This document shows, piece by piece, positions 25,701 through 39,319 of a DNA stretch of 64,000 nucleotides. The notes under the pieces were generated by a model. The model saw only the letters and a program-made list of their open reading frames with translations, was not told the origin of the DNA and ran no database searches. Made by a program: the position numbers and the translations under genes. Source of the DNA: Guillardia theta CCMP2712 (Eukaryota > Protista > Cryptophyta); assembly GCF_000315625.1 (NCBI RefSeq), contig NW_005434648.1, forward strand, positions 248,001 to 312,000, in the 5' to 3' direction. Position 1 is the stretch's first letter. Every line of letters starts with the position of its first letter.

Positions 25701-25779
25701 ACACTGATGAAACAAGGATCTTCGATGGAGCGATCAATTGAAAGATCAAGATCCACAGGAGTAAGCTCCTTCTGACCAT
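16785..25779 (-). CDS. Giant cell-surface protein: signal peptide, ~6 cadherin-like repeats, PSI-like Cys domain, TM hairpin, second ectodomain, C-terminal multipass membrane domain
   Basis: Co-oriented ORFs 25779-24931, 22466-19110, 19072-18431 and 18452-16785, joined by short introns and one apparent frameshift. Repeat ends AIDNPP, AVNNAP, AVNHPP, AVDDRP and GVNDNP occur with DPD/DVD and G.L..LN.AL..Y motifs. Also CSKCNAESGCGWC and many hydrophobic segments. Confidence 0.7.
24206..24256. repeat. 22-bp tandem repeat x2 (intronic)
   Basis: atggtgttttaaacaaacatt is repeated directly, between a GT donor and AG acceptor of the giant gene. Confidence 0.8.
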
Positions 25780-26059
25780 CGCAGTATCTAAGAGCTAGCA
25801 GGTCGCTCGACAAGCACAAATTTCAATACTGGAGCTCAACTCGATCATCGTGCTGTATGGAGCGACTGGACTATCATTCATGAGACTGGCTGTGAAGCGA
25901 GTCAGTACCAAGGGAAGGCGAGGCCTCAACAATCCTGCATGAGCAGCATTCTCAGCCTCAGCCTCCGGTCTCTCCCCCGATGCCGGCGACCCGATCCTGC
26001 ATTGCGCGCCTCTTGGCACCCAAGGTTTCTCCAACCGTTACTCAGCGTTTCTACTGTTT

Positions 26060-26310
26060 GTAACGGCCGAGCCAAGTCTCGGAGCCGCTGAGCCCGGCCG
26101 CTTCATTGGGCCCGGGGGGGTGACTTGCAGCGGCGAGCAGGCCTTGGACCAAGTTGACTGAAGTTCCGATCCTGGACGGCGGCGGATGACATGCTGCGTT
26201 TACTGAACTTGCGGTAGTACCGTACGGGCCCCGCCTGCCAGTGGGTCGAAGCCTTGAAGCGGGCGCCGGGGCCCGCTCCGACCCGGGCCTCCGAGGCTCC
26301 GTCCACTCCT
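26060..26310. promoter_or_regulatory. GC/CCGG-rich island in a divergent intergenic region
   Basis: Lies between the starts of the giant gene (-) and La (+); ccgg, gtgac and gtaccgtac words. Confidence 0.35.
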
Positions 26311-26613
26311 GCGTACACTCACGTTATTATTAGTGTGGGGAGGAGGGCCCGACAGCACGTGCCGCGGATGATCCGGGAGGAAGAGGAAGCGGGAGGAGAG
26401 GTGGGGGGTAGGGGAGAAGAGGAGGAGGAGAAGAGAAAGATCATGGGGGCCAGGGTGAGGTGGGAGGAGAGAAGTGGTAGAGAGGAGAGGAATGCCAAGA
26501 GTGGAGGGTTGAATGGCAGGATAATGGTTTGGGAGGCAATCTAAAGCTGAGTAGGATAACATTCGTTCCGATCGCTAACTTGCTTGTGTTTAAGGTATTC
26601 CTTCAGTGCTAAG

Positions 26614-28131
26614 ATGGAACCTGCTCAAGGAGTGCCGGACCAAGCTGAACCGCTTGATCCAAAGATCAAGAAGCAAATCGAATTTTACTTCTGCGACTCT
26701 AACCTGCCCAAGGACAGATTTTTGTTGTCAAAGACGAAAGAGACACCCGAGGGATGGGTGAGCCTTGAGCTCATCGCCAGTTTCAAGAAGATGCGTGAAC
26801 TAGGAGCGACCACCTCGAAGCTTGCTGTGGCTGCTGCTGCATCGGACTTCTTGGAGGTGGATCAGGAAGTCACCAGGGTGCGCCGAACTACTCCACTGCC
26901 TGAAACGGACGTGACTATCCCACGATCTTTGCATGCCAAGGAATTCCCTGGAGACACGGGCATTGAACAGCTCGAGTCCTTCTTCTCTGGCTACGGAACC
27001 GTTCTGAGCGTTAGATTGCTCAAGGCGGACAAGAAAGCAAACGCTGATTCCGATACTGCTCCGATTTCAGCTTTCATTGAGTTTAGCAGCAAGGAAGAAG
27101 CTGAAGCAATCTGCCAGAAAGAAATCTCGTTTGCGAATGCAAAGCTTGAAATGGTCTCAAAGGAGGAGTACCTCAAGCAGAACCCTTCTGCCAGCAGTGA
27201 GAATGAGAAGGCGAAGGATGGAAAGAAAAAAGGCCACGATGGCAAGGGCGGTGATAAGAAAGAAAAGAGCGAGAAGAAAGAAGATACGTACAAAGCCTAT
27301 CCCAAAGGAATTTTCATCAAGATTGAAGGAATTGGAGAAGGAGCGACCCTGCATGACATCAAAGATACATTCAGCAAATACGGCAGTGTCAAGTTTGTTG
27401 AGTTCAAGGAGGTGACGCAAATCCATTCCATTTGTTTGCCGCTGGATTGAGTTTGCTTGTTTCAGGGTGATACTGAAGCTTGCATTCGCTTCGATACTCC
27501 AGATGACGTAATTTGATTTCATCTTGAGCCTCCCTATCGGCAGCCCAATGCTTGTGATTTGATCCTTGTCTTTGTTTTACCAGGCCTCGGAGGCGGTCAG
27601 GGGAGAGAAGAACGCAGGAACTGAGATATGTGGCTCTGCGATCACTGTATCTGCCATCACCGTACGAGTCACATGAATGATCTCGCAACCTGATGATTGT
27701 CCAGGGTGAGGAAGAAGACCAGAAGCTCGAGGAAATCAAGCAGAAGCAGGTAGGGGAGAGCTTAGCCGAATCTTCATACACGATGAGGGGAAAGGTTTTT
27801 ACTGACGTCTGTCCTTCAGGTTGACAAAATGAATCGATTTGGAGATAAGGTATTCCTGATTCCTCCTTGTCTTAACCCTCTGACGCCTTTTTTCAGGGTG
27901 GTCGCGGTGGTCGCGGTGGTCGGGTAAGCTTCAGAGGTATATGTGCTAACGCCCTGCTTACTGGAAACTGCCAGGGCGGTCGAGGAAGAGGACGAGGGCG
28001 CGGAGGTGGACGTGGGGTGATGCGAGCTTGATGTTGTTGTTCATGGCTGACGTCCATAGCAGGGTTCTCGAGAAAAGCGACAGCGCGAAGGCAGCGACGA
28101 TGAGAACGAAAGGCCTACGAAGAAAGCTTGA
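26614..28131 (+). CDS. SSB: La autoantigen homolog (La motif, RRM1, RRM2, RGG tail)
   Basis: La motif KIKKQIEFYFCDSNLPKDRFL...GWVSLELIASFKKM, RRM SAFIEFSSKEEA, second RRM IKDTFSKYGSVKFVEF, small RGG exons, and end ...ERPTKKA*. Confidence 0.9.
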
Positions 28132-28322
28132 AATAGGATGAAGCAACAGCACTGCAGAGAGCCTCCTGGATTGTATCTGGCGTCTTGTCACAAATGGTTG
28201 GACCGTAGAAGTTGACTGGTTTCTGCCACGTTCTTGTTCGGAGCCAAACCTTGTTTTGCATACAGAAGAACATGAATAAACGTGTAACTTTAATCGCAGA
28301 GCATCATTGTAGTTGACGAAGT

Positions 28323-30290
28323 TTACTTGGTTTGGAAGATATTCTGTAGTTCTGGTCATCCACCACAGGAAGTAGGAAGTAGTGAGCTCTCACCTGAACG
28401 AGCTCCCGTGGAACCCTCTTCGCCGCAAGGTCCAGCACTTCAACTTCGCCTGGGGGCATTGACGTAAGTCATCACATGCTAGGTGACATCCTCGCAATCA
28501 TACTCATGGTCAGGCGCCATCCGACAGCCCCGAGATTCTCCTCTGCCTATCGAGGAGCAGGAAGTCATGCCAACGGCATGTCAGCGAGTTCGTTTTCACT
28601 TGTTTCAGCGACTTCGCCCCGGGGATTGGAATCGTGTCCTTGCACAGGCACCAATTGATCGCAACCTGGCAACAACAATGAGCCAAGTCGAAGAGACCCA
28701 GTTGCTCCTGAGCTGCTGCGGCCTCAAATCACCTGCGCGATTGTCTTGCCTCGCTGGTCTGCCACTTCTCGCAGGCACTGCTCGGTCTCATCGTCAGGCA
28801 CCACAGGAGAGGATCCGCATGACCTCAAGCAGCGGCGCCACTTCCTCTACCCTCTCTCTGAAAACAAATCCCCGCGGGCCCTTGGGCAGGTCGTCCTTGC
28901 TCTGGTACCTGCCGGACAGGAGCCCGAGGCCCAGGGGACTGTATGCGATCATGGCGATGCCGAGCTCGTCGCATACCTGATGAAGCATCACCCCCCTTCC
29001 GAGTGAGACGGAGACAAACGTACTTCCTTCACCTCCTCCCCAACAGTCCTGCTCAAGAGAGAGTACTGGATTTGATTGGACGCCAGGGGGACACCTGACG
29101 CGTCGCCTCAGTCAGTCAAGTAAGGCAAGGGTGAAGGTACCGTTATCTTGGAGGAAGGCATGAATCTGAAGGTTGGACTCAGTCACAGGCAGCAACAGAG
29201 AGGGAGGGAGGGAACTTTTCTCAGCTGTTGAGGCCCGTAGTTGCTCACTCCGACAGCTCTACACCGCCCGGACTTGTAAAGGCTGACAAGACTCTCCCAC
29301 AAGACACGCTGAAGGAAGAAACGTCAGCCTCGGCAGGGCAAGTTCCAAGTGCACCCTACTGCACACGTCCCACCTCCTGCCAGGGGAAGTAGTTTGCAGT
29401 GGACCAGTGGATTTGTCCGATGTCGACCGGCCTCCTCAGGCGTTCGGCGCTCTCATCGCAAGCTTTCTCCATGCTGCTCACACCGTCACGCCTCACACAC
29501 ATCACAAGAGGCTGAAGGGAACGTTCCTGCCCACGGTCAGACGCCAGGGGTAGGAAGCGAACTTGGTCCCGATGTTGGGATACACTCCTCCGTTCTGCCT
29601 CGCATACTCCTCCATGAACTTCCCCAGGAGCTTTTCGCTGTGTTTGCTCGTCAGAAGGGAGAGTTGTTCACACTGGCACAACCTCTGCCCATTCAGCCTG
29701 CCTGTCCCGTAGGAATCTCCCGTGTCAAACAACCTGATCCCCTTGCTGTGCGGAGGATTCGGAGTGAGGGACGAGCAAGACATCGAAGCTCCTCTACCTG
29801 ACGCACAGGTTGAACACTTGCTGAAGCTCGTCGTCCATCTCCTCGTTGTACCCCCACTGAGCGAGAATCACAAGGAAGGCCCCGATCATCGGAGCAGCAC
29901 TCACCAACAGCTGGTTGCCCCAAGACCACGTTCCGATCCCCATCTCTGAAACCACCAAATCCCCGATCTGCAAACGATCCATCAACAGAAATTCACCAAG
30001 CACCACTCCTGTCCTCTTGCCTTTCTCTCCTTACACATGGCTGCTCCTGGTTTCCCCTTCATGTTCTCCTCTTTGTCTTTCCCCTTTCCGAAGAACCCAT
30101 CAAGAAAGCTCATCCTCACCCCAACAACATTTGGAGCTTTGTTGGGTCGAGGAAGTGAGGGGGGAAGCAGAAATCCTGAGATTTCACGTCAGTACCTTCA
30201 TGAACGAAGGTGATCAAAGTGGTAGATGATGATGACGACGACGGTGATGCGGAAGAGCGTTCATAGAGCTATCCGTGAATTCATGCCATG
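28323..30290 (-). CDS. PLR1: Aldo-keto reductase of the pyridoxal reductase (plant PLR1) type; many exons; start uncertain
   Basis: MGIGTWSWGNQLLWGY...DDELQQVFN, LFDTGDSYGTGRLNGQSEKLLGKF, TKFASYPWRLT, IAYSPLGLGLLSGRY and C-terminal NIFQTK*. Confidence 0.85.
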
Positions 30291-30599
30291 CTCTCTCGAG
30301 AGACAACAACTACCCAAACCATGTTTCATCATCTCAAACTTGACAAGTTCATCTCAGCACGTGGACGATCTCACTGTCACATGTTCTGATCTATCTCAAC
30401 ATTGTCAGTTCACCTTCTGTGCAGCTCAGCATCTTCACGCCAATGGCCAGCATGAGCGCCACACGCGCTCTAGACGCCACCATCGTTTAGATCCCACAGA
30501 CCCCCACCCACCCATCCCACTGTCAGACCTACCCTCACTTGCTCCATGGATTTGAGTAGAGAGACCCCTACTAGAATACAACCCCACCCCATCAGCGAG

Positions 30600-32739
30600 A
30601 TGAACCTGGAGGAAGACTGCCCGACAATGTTGCAGGACCGCTCGGGCAGGTGATGGCGAGGAGCGAAACATGAGAAAGCGAGACGAGCATGGCACGAGAG
30701 GAGAGGGATGACAAGGACAAGAGGACGCAGCCATGAACGCAGGGAGAGCAGAAGATGAGAAATCAAGGGAGGAAGAATGAGAACAGGTGGTCCTGCTCGA
30801 AGAGTTTCAAGCAAGTTTACGGTCAAGTGTCGACTGACATCTCCCTCACAGCCATCGCGTTTCTGCTCCTGGGCATCTCCAACAACGTCACCTTCTGCAT
30901 CGTTCTTGCCATAGCCAAGGATATTGAGAATGGTAAAAGGGCGAGCTAGTAGCATCCAAGAGGACTGACCATCATCGTAGGTGGCGTAGGAGTTGTCTTC
31001 CTCGCGTTGCAGGTCTACCTGATAGCTTTCCTTGATTTGCCATTTCCATGCTTGTAAGTAAGCTGCAGCTCCCTGCGTTGCTGATCAAGACCACGGGGCC
31101 AACATGGATGCACTTGTTGGGTTATCGAACCCGAACGATCGTTCAAGCGACGGCAGCAAGCAGCGGACTCATGCTGATAGCCTTGTCCACCTTCGTCGAA
31201 GATGACATGAAGCGACTTGCCATCCAGCTCCTGGGTGTTTCCTTGTGCTCAGTACAGAATGCCGTCGGAGAGCCGTCCTACCTCGCACTCTCGTCGGTGT
31301 GCTTACGTCCTGCGAGTGCCCTGGCAGCTTGGAGTACGGGGACTGGGCTGGCGGGTCTGTTGGGTACGAGAGTGGAGGAGGCGCGGGACGAGTTGACGTG
31401 GCACAGGGTTTGCGTGGGTGATGCTGCTCAAGATGCTTAGCTTGTCGCTGCTGCGCGTCTGCCTCTTGAGTCTGGTGTTCCCAGCTCAGCTCCTTGTTTC
31501 CTTCTTCTTCATCCTACCGTCACAGACACACGGTAACGGCAGACACGCGAGATGCCCTCTGTTGTTCTCTTCCTCTCCTTACTCCTTGTTGTTCTCTCCC
31601 TCCTTCCCACTTCCTTCATGTTCTCTCCCTTCTCCTTTACTCTCTTTGCCAGCAGGTTACGCCAGCGCTGAGATCGAAGAGAGTCAAACTCGCGATGAGA
31701 CGGCTGCGGAGGTCAGCGAGACAACCCGGACGAGAAGGATGAGTGCGAGGATGAATCAGCGACTAACATTCTCATCTCCTCCCCCCGAGACAAGTACGTC
31801 CCATCATCTGACTCCAAGGAGGCTTCCTCCCCTTCTCACTCACCACTAGCCCTGAAGAGAGTCTCTTGGTCTCCTCAGAGGATCTCGCTCCGACCAAGTT
31901 TCATCCCCTCCAACGCTTCAAGTTCGCCATGTCGCTCTGGAGATTCATGATCCCCTTGTTTCTGGTCTATCTCGCCGAGTACAACATGCAGGTGACTGCT
32001 CCGTGTGATGGCGCGATGACGAGCTATTGAGCTAAAGAAGCGTTCCCAGTCGGGAGCATGGAGTGCGATAGGTTTTCCTCTCGACGATGAGTCCGCCAGG
32101 AATCAATTTTACAGGTGTGCCGTTGAGCTCTAGTTCGTCTCTCAGCACACAACAGGACGTCGAACATCATGTATCAATGCGGCGTCTTCGTCTCCCGGTC
32201 TTGCGGGCAATTCTTCACCATCAACCTCTACGTGCTGTGGGTGGTTCCTCTCCTGCAGGCACACGAGCTCGCTGGACTTCCTCATCCTGCCTTCTAACTT
32301 GTCAACGACCAGTTTCTCCTCCTCGCATTCTTCATCGTCAACGCTCTCTTTGAGTTCTGGTGAGTCTTGGCGCCTGTCCGAGGAAGGTCACAGACCTGTC
32401 AAGGTACGATTGGTCCCTCCTCTCCATGTGCTTCGTTTCGGGCCTCTTCGGCGGGACCGTCTACTTCCATGGCTTCTCGCTCCTGTCAAAGACGACTGAG
32501 CATGGTCGGGGTGAGCTCGTTCCCTTCGCCGCCTGACGTGCCTGTGCAGCGAGGAAGGAGCTTGCGATGTCTTCAGTCTCCATGGCCTCTGACATCGGTG
32601 TCACGATCGCTGACTTCACGGGCATCCTCGTTCAGGTCAGTCACCCTCCAGACGCGATGGGAGTGATGAGTAGCAGGGCTGCATCTATCGCTTCCATGGC
32701 ATCCCCGGCGCCACCTTCCAGTGTCTCTCGTCTCGATGA
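30600..32739 (+). CDS. CLN3: CLN3/battenin (Btn1) lysosomal/vacuolar membrane protein; start uncertain (30600 or 30755)
   Basis: AFLLLGISNNVTFCIVLAIAKDI, GEPSYLALSS, AWSTGTGLAGLLG, FMIPLFLVYLAEY and YQCGVFVSRS are battenin signatures. Confidence 0.88.
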
Positions 32740-32948
32740 CACAGGGCGAGGCAGCAGGAAAGGAGGCACTTGTTAAACTTCATTAGCTGCTGTAAGTTAC
32801 ATTCTCTTCTCTCCACGGCTTCACGGTTGGCTGCCAAAAGCTGGAGGTGGTGTGGCGAAATGGAGGATTCTTGTCTGCACTCCGCTCGACGACGTGCCCT
32901 GCAGCTCCACCTCTCACGAGCAGCCGCAAACAACATGAAATCAACGAC

Positions 32949-35727
32949 TCACCTGGCTCCCCCTCGCACTCTGACCCTCCGAGCTCGCCGTCCTGCCACG
33001 TCATCAGACGAGACTCTCTCCCTCATCGACGTCACACCGAGCTGCTCGTCGAGCCTCAGCCTGTAGGTTCTTGTCGTTCACCCAGTCTCCTCGGTCCCTG
33101 CTGGAGCCAGCAAACGAGCTGGTGCTGCGGTCCTCGTCAGGTGACTTGATGCGGAGAGGATCTCGTTCACCTCCTGACCGAGGCATTGCTCCGCATGCTC
33201 CGGAAGCTGCTCTGAGAGTGTACGGAGGAGGCCGAGAAGCTTCGCTCGGTGGACACTTCCCTCCCGACATGCGCTCGTTGCCTCGACGAAGTCTCGATGG
33301 CTGAGATGAGCTCGTTGTACGCTACGAGGCCCCTCCCCTCATGGTCCGCGATCTGCTCCAGGAACGAGCACTCAGCCTTGCTCAGCGGCACGTTGTGCGT
33401 CTTCAATGCTGTGATGAGCTCCTGAACGTCGGAGGGAACGAGTCAGAGAGAGCAGCAGGCAACGAGCAGGGAGAGAAGGAGGAAAGGGTAAGGCACCGAG
33501 CAGCTGATGCTTCCGCTCCTGTCCATATCGTACTTTCTGAAGATCTTCAAACTCCGTGAGTGATCGCATGGCGGGCAGACTGGCTCCCACCTGTCGCAAC
33601 CGGAATCGATTGCCTATACCGCTCTCGGCGATCTTTGAGTACAGTGATTGAACGGAGGGGTCATCTGTTCCCCAGCTGCCTTTGAACTTGCTCGAAGGCC
33701 CTTGAGCCTGCAAGCAGGGGGTGAGGGAGGAGGGTCGTAACGTCCAGCTCTTACCTTTCGCAGCTTCGAACCTGTTCCGAACCCGAGGTGACTTTGAGCC
33801 TTTTCAGGGTCGAAGTACTCTGAGAGATGCTTCAGCGAGCTCTCAATGTCTTCCCTTGTCACTTTCCCATCGACTGCGAGCAAGTAAGACCATCCAAGAA
33901 AGGTCATCAGGCTCCATACCGCTAGCTTTCCGAAATATCGCTTGAGCATCTGATTCGCTTAGGATAGCATCCACTTCTGTGATTGCTTGTTTGAACTCCG
34001 ACTCATCCAGCTGAACTTTGATTCATTTTCTTGAACATTTTCATCAGAAAGATACCTTCCGATCACCGACTGTCTGACACAATTTTTTGAGGAGCAAGGG
34101 ATCGTTTTGCATCAACACGTATGACACCCTGTCCTGCTTGTGCTTGTCTCTCATCTCAATCGTTTCTCCTTTCATCAGCACATGTGAAATTTGCATCAGA
34201 ATGAATCGATTTGTTACCTTTGTGGTCAACAAAGACTTCTATGAGCTTTTGCAATGTGATTCCACCTCTGTCGATCTTCAATTTTGGCAATCTACAACCC
34301 CCCATGTCAAATCGAGTTCCAAAGCTTGCATACAACGATGATATCACATCTTTTCAAAGTCGCTGTCGCCAACGGAGACTCCAATTCTGTGAAGAGTTTC
34401 TTTGAACTCCTCAGGCTATCTCTCTGGTCAGCATTCCCCCGGTCTCATCGCTTGGTTCACCTTCAAATGCTTCTCTTGCTTTCCATTCGCATCCGCTGAG
34501 AAAGCCTTCTTCAACTCAGGCAGGTTTGCCTTGATCGCATTCCTGAGCTGAACGTCTAGCTTTGACCACTTGGAACGCTATCCCAGTGTCAGGATGACCC
34601 CGCAGGCGACAAACAGTCGCACTCTAGCAGTCGACGGGTTCTCTTGGATATGCAGCAGGTTCTTCTGGTCCTCCCTCCTCTAAAAGGTGAAGGTCAGAGG
34701 GTCATGGCGCAAGTCTGTTGCACCTGAGGGAAGGCTCTCCGCATGCTTCCGATCCTATCTGCTGGGGTTGCCTTCTTCTCGTTGATTTCTTCAGCTGAAG
34801 ATACCGTCTGTGGAGGTGTGCTGTACCACAAAGGTTGGTTCTCAATAAAGCAGCAAAACGACGTCATCACCAGCTCTCGTCGCCTTCTAGTTTGTGCGAA
34901 TCACCAGACCTATGAGAAACTTTTTGAAGGAAGACTCGTCAGTAACGTGTCAAACAAAGTTGAATGCACAAGCTGCATGTCACCAGGAAAGTCTTCAAAG
35001 TTGATGAGCTGGCGAGCAACTGACGCTGGCTCCATGTTCATCCTCCTCGTCAGCTTCTCTTTCTGGCGCAAATATTCTCAGCTGATCATCTTGAAGAGAA
35101 GTCAAAGACCTCAGCTGTCGTGAGAACTCCGTCCACATTCCTGATACGGTCGACATGCGCTATCCCATGCTCCACTCGTTTCTTGCATACGGCACGAGAG
35201 TCCATGTGGGCTGGCAGCAGTCCAGACTCTGAGTGGAACTCATGGAGATGCCAATCGACATCGAGGCAGTACCGATATGAGAGGCTTGCGCGGTCTCTTG
35301 GATCGACTTCGGCATCTTCCTGGAAGTTTTTGTTATCTGCAAACAAGAGCTCAGCGCAAGAAGCTGCTCATGGTAAGGAGAAACAACATCGTCATGTTGA
35401 TGCGGCAGATCATCTAGGGAGTCAATGACTGGTTCCTGTGAGAATTGAGAAGCTTCTTTCCATATTGACGAGATCTGCACGAGACTTTCACTTCCTGCAT
35501 TTCCATGGTAGTTCACCTCACCTCATCGTCCTTGAGAGAGATTCCTATTTCTTCCAATCCTTTCCTGAATTCCTTCTCCAACGTCACATGGAGTCCTCCA
35601 TCCATCCTGCAAGCTTCACCTTGAAGTTCAAGAGACCGTCGCCGTCCCTGTCCACACTCGAGAGTGCACTTCTCAGCTTGTCTATGTTCTTCTGCAAGTC
35701 TTCGATGTCTTCACCAGCAGAGCTCAT
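32949..35727 (-). CDS. EF-hand-containing protein of unknown function, multi-exon; 3' end uncertain
   Basis: MSSAGEDIEDLQKNIDKLRSALSSVDRDGDGLLNF (EF loop), C-terminal IFRKYDMDRSGSIS and ADHEGRGLVAYNEL. Confidence 0.55.
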
Positions 35728-35800
35728 GTTGTGGCAACCAGGCTCTCACAAGGCTCGATCAGGAGAATGTCTTTAACTCAACTTGCTCTGTTCTCCACTC

Positions 35801-35855
35801 CTCTGCTCTGCTCTGCTCTGCTCTGCTCTGCTCTGCTCTGCTCTGCTCTGCTCTG
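35801..35855. repeat. (CTCTG)11 microsatellite
   Basis: Perfect pentanucleotide run. Confidence 0.95.
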
Positions 35856-36187
35856 CTCATACCAAGCTGCTCTACACGCCCTACTTCGGCAACGGAAGCC
35901 CTCGAATTTCAATTTCGAAGAAGGGTGGGTCCTTTTGAATATATTTCGGAGGATATATGGTGGGGTAGGGTGGTCCAGTGCTACCAGTAGGAAAGGAAAG
36001 ATTGTTGATAGGAAAGGAAACATGAAATGTTCCTGCTGTTCAGGAGGGAGGGAGCGGATGGGGGAGGGAGGAAGGGAGGGAGGGAGGAAGGGAGGGAGGA
36101 GGGAGGGAGGGAGGGAGGGGAGGGAGGAGGGGAAGGACGAGAGAGAGAGGAGGAGGAGGAGGAGGAGGAGGAGGAGGAGGAGGAGGA

Positions 36188-36287
36188 NNNNNNNNNNNNN
36201 NNNNNNNNNNNNNNNNNNNNNNNNNNNNNNNNNNNNNNNNNNNNNNNNNNNNNNNNNNNNNNNNNNNNNNNNNNNNNNNNNNNNNNN
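36188..36287. other. Assembly gap (100 N) flanked by (GGA)n/GGGA low-complexity sequence
   Basis: Run of n characters with purine repeats on both sides; a ~20-bp repeat x3 at 36399-36468. Confidence 0.99.
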
Positions 36288-36597
36288 GAGGGAGGGAGGG
36301 AGGGAGGAGAGGGAGGGAGGGGAGGGAAGGAGGGACATGGTTCCAGTGGTCGATAACGAAGAACAAATTGAGTCACTCTAAGTCACTCTGAGGTTGCAGA
36401 GGAAGGGAGAAACGAAGGAGGAAGGGTGAAACGAAGGAGGAAGGGAGAAACGAAGGAGGAAGGGAGAAAGACTCGAGCCAGGAGTCGAGGACAAGAGGTC
36501 TTGCACACTGCAGGGGCGACCTCAGTGAGAACGAATGTTCAATGAGAAGAAGAACTGAACGGGAAAGAATATCTTACGCCTCGACACTGAGTCTGCA

Positions 36598-38567
36598 TCA
36601 GGGCTCTTGGTTGACAACACTTCTGTCCGCCTGGTCCGAGCTGTTGGGTTGAAGTCGGAAAAGCGAAGCAAGGTTAAAAATGATCTGCGACACGGGAACT
36701 TGATTGCTGAGCTCTATGGCAGTTTGTGCCAACTCAGGGTTTTTAGGGTCTGCCGTTTCCTTGTCGTAAGGATTCTTTGAGCCGGCAAGCCCTCTATGCC
36801 GCAGCCAAGATTTGAGATATGGCACATGCCGTTGCGAACGACCTGCTCAAAATGAGTCGAAGCTGAGAAGACGAGAGGATCTTTCACGTAATTTCTCGAC
36901 CATGTTTCTTGCAAGTAAGTCGGAGTGAAGATTCGTGTCTGTCCTTTCGTCTTCGCAGTCAGACATCGCATGGCCCTAGCAGAGCTCAGTTAGGAAAGCA
37001 AATGCAATGTCTCAATCACTTGTTCCCTGCTCTTCTTGTACGCCATGCGTGCTTGTATCATCAATGTCTTCCTTCTTTTTTCAACCTTGCAAATCGTTTT
37101 TTCAATTTTGTTTTGGTGAAAAATGAAACGGAATCTCACCCTGAGCCAATCTTTCGCGAAGGGAGCTGAACCTAACGATTGAATCATTGCCTTGCTGATT
37201 TCGCTGACGTCAGCAGCTGAATCTCTTGGAGTAATAACGTATCGTCCCTGGTCAAAAACAATCAGCGTCGAGACGATACAACACTGCACAGCAAGGAGCC
37301 TTACTGGAGTGATCTGCTTGCTAGGGCTGCAAACGACATCAATATTAATCAACACCAAGGCGAGACAGTCACCTGTTCCCATTGTATTCTCTGTTACTTG
37401 AATTCCCCAGAGCAGAAAGTCTGCGCGATCTTCTTCCGGTAGATCGCAATGAATCTTGTTGCATAGGCCGCATGCTGTCGTCAGCATGCCGCTCCAGCCA
37501 TTCTTTTACTTTGTCGACATCAAGCGACGGCTTCCAGCTGTCTTTAGACGGAACGGATGTCCCCCGACGAAGAGTGTCCTGTATGCACAGGTGTCAAACC
37601 AATTGTAAAGCAGGGTATTCAGATTGAGTTACATCGCCAGCAAGCTTCAATTCGTTTTGCTTGTCCTGCTGAAAGAAGGGAATGAATCCATTTTCAACTC
37701 TGGTTGAGAATCTTACCTGGACTGAATGACCTTTTTTCGTATCCATTTCTACCTCTCTCTCTTTCTCCTTCTCTTCCTTCTCTTTTTCCTTCCCCCAAAA
37801 GTCTGCGCTGACCGTTGGCTTTAAAGCGCTGCTGTCCACAGATGGATCTTTGCCTCCAAGCTTGGGAAAAAAGCATCTTTACGATCAAGTCAGCACAATG
37901 CACGCAAGGAAAAAAATCAATCCTCTTACGCAAGACAAGGCCCTCCACAACCAGAGAACAAGGAGTGTGGGGTAGAAACCCGTGGTGTGTCTACATTATC
38001 GTCTCCTTCCATGAGTGTGTTGGCGTTGTCTTCAGGGTTTACAGGCTTGTTTTCTGGTCCAAAGAATCTCAGGGGAGCGCGATCCTCTATCAGTTTCTCA
38101 GCTGGCACATCTTCAGGCTCCACCTTAAAATGTGCGGAGACAAGCTCATGCTGTTGAAATGAGTTAAACCTGACGCCCAACGTAAGCGACAACAGACTCA
38201 CCTGCGCAGGCGACTTGCGATGCGAGGCATTGACAGTATTCGGAGTAGGGATGTGAGAGGACGGTGAAGAATCACCTTTTGCAGGCGGGTTTTGGCTTTC
38301 AACTTGATCATGCGCATCATTTGAATGGTTGGGTGCAAAATGGTCCAAGGAATTTTCTCCCTGCATGCCATGTTGTTGTCCTGCACCAGCAATAGACTTT
38401 CCCTTTACGGTCGTATCTTCAGAAGAATTCATGTAATCGATGCGAGTGTTGTGATGAGCAGATGGGTTGTGATGGCCAGCTGATAAAAAGTGCTTTGCTC
38501 TTCGTGCTTCAGCCAATCGCCTTTCCTTCCTGTATCTTGGGCCTGCCCCTGTCAATGCAGCGATCAT
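36598..38567 (-). CDS. Hypothetical protein, multi-exon (may extend to ~38900)
   Basis: Chain of co-oriented coding-looking ORF segments (38567-37926, 37839-37594, 37487-36990, 36825-36598) with GT-AG breaks. No family recognised. Confidence 0.45.
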
Positions 38568-39319
38568 TCCTTACGAATCCTGCCTGCCTTCAAAGACAAA
38601 TTATTTGTAAAGAGAAACCAACGATACCTGAGTTAAAAACATAAAAGTCCAATGGAAGAGATGGAAGTCAAATGGAAGGGACAATCTGTTGCAACGAACA
38701 ATCTACGCAACGCAAAACGAGTAGTACTACCTTCATTCTTGCGCATAGTCTGGGTCATGGCTCATTCACGAGAGTCATAGAGGCTTTTCCAAATCTATCA
38801 TCTGTCGAATGTATCACCAACAATCCTCAATAACTTGTCAGTCATCCCGGCTACACCCTCATACTCCCCCAACGGAAGTTTTGGCCTCATCTTCCTAGAA
38901 GCTATATGATCTACAGCTCGTCTATAGTGCACTTTCCTCTCCAACTACCTGGCTAGCGCCTAGTCGATCTACTCAACCAAATTCTGCTGTCTGTTGTTCC
39001 CCACCGTTCTGAGCAGCAATTCTTTGCGGCGGGATTAGGAATGACACCCATCCCTTGACCGTCGTACAGGGCGATGAGCCTAACTGCAGCTACCTCAGTA
39101 GGAGGTGCCAGCAGGCTTGCAAGCCAGGTTCCCCGGAGTGACTTCTCGATTCTAGTAGTCTCAACTGAGCTCTTCCTCCTCCTCCTCTCTCTGCCTCTAT
39201 CGCACAACCGTCTCTACCTCATAGCAGCCTACCATCCGATTGCCCTAAAGAAATAGCGCGTGGACCCCCACCCCCCTCCAACCCTGTGGAACCCATAGGG
39301 GTCGTCAGGGCTCACTTAT

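Noticed and set aside
35731-36381. Overlapping ORFs with ALLCS repeats and poly-R/E/P/S/L
   Set aside because: Artefacts of the (CTCTG)n and (GGA)n microsatellites and the N gap.
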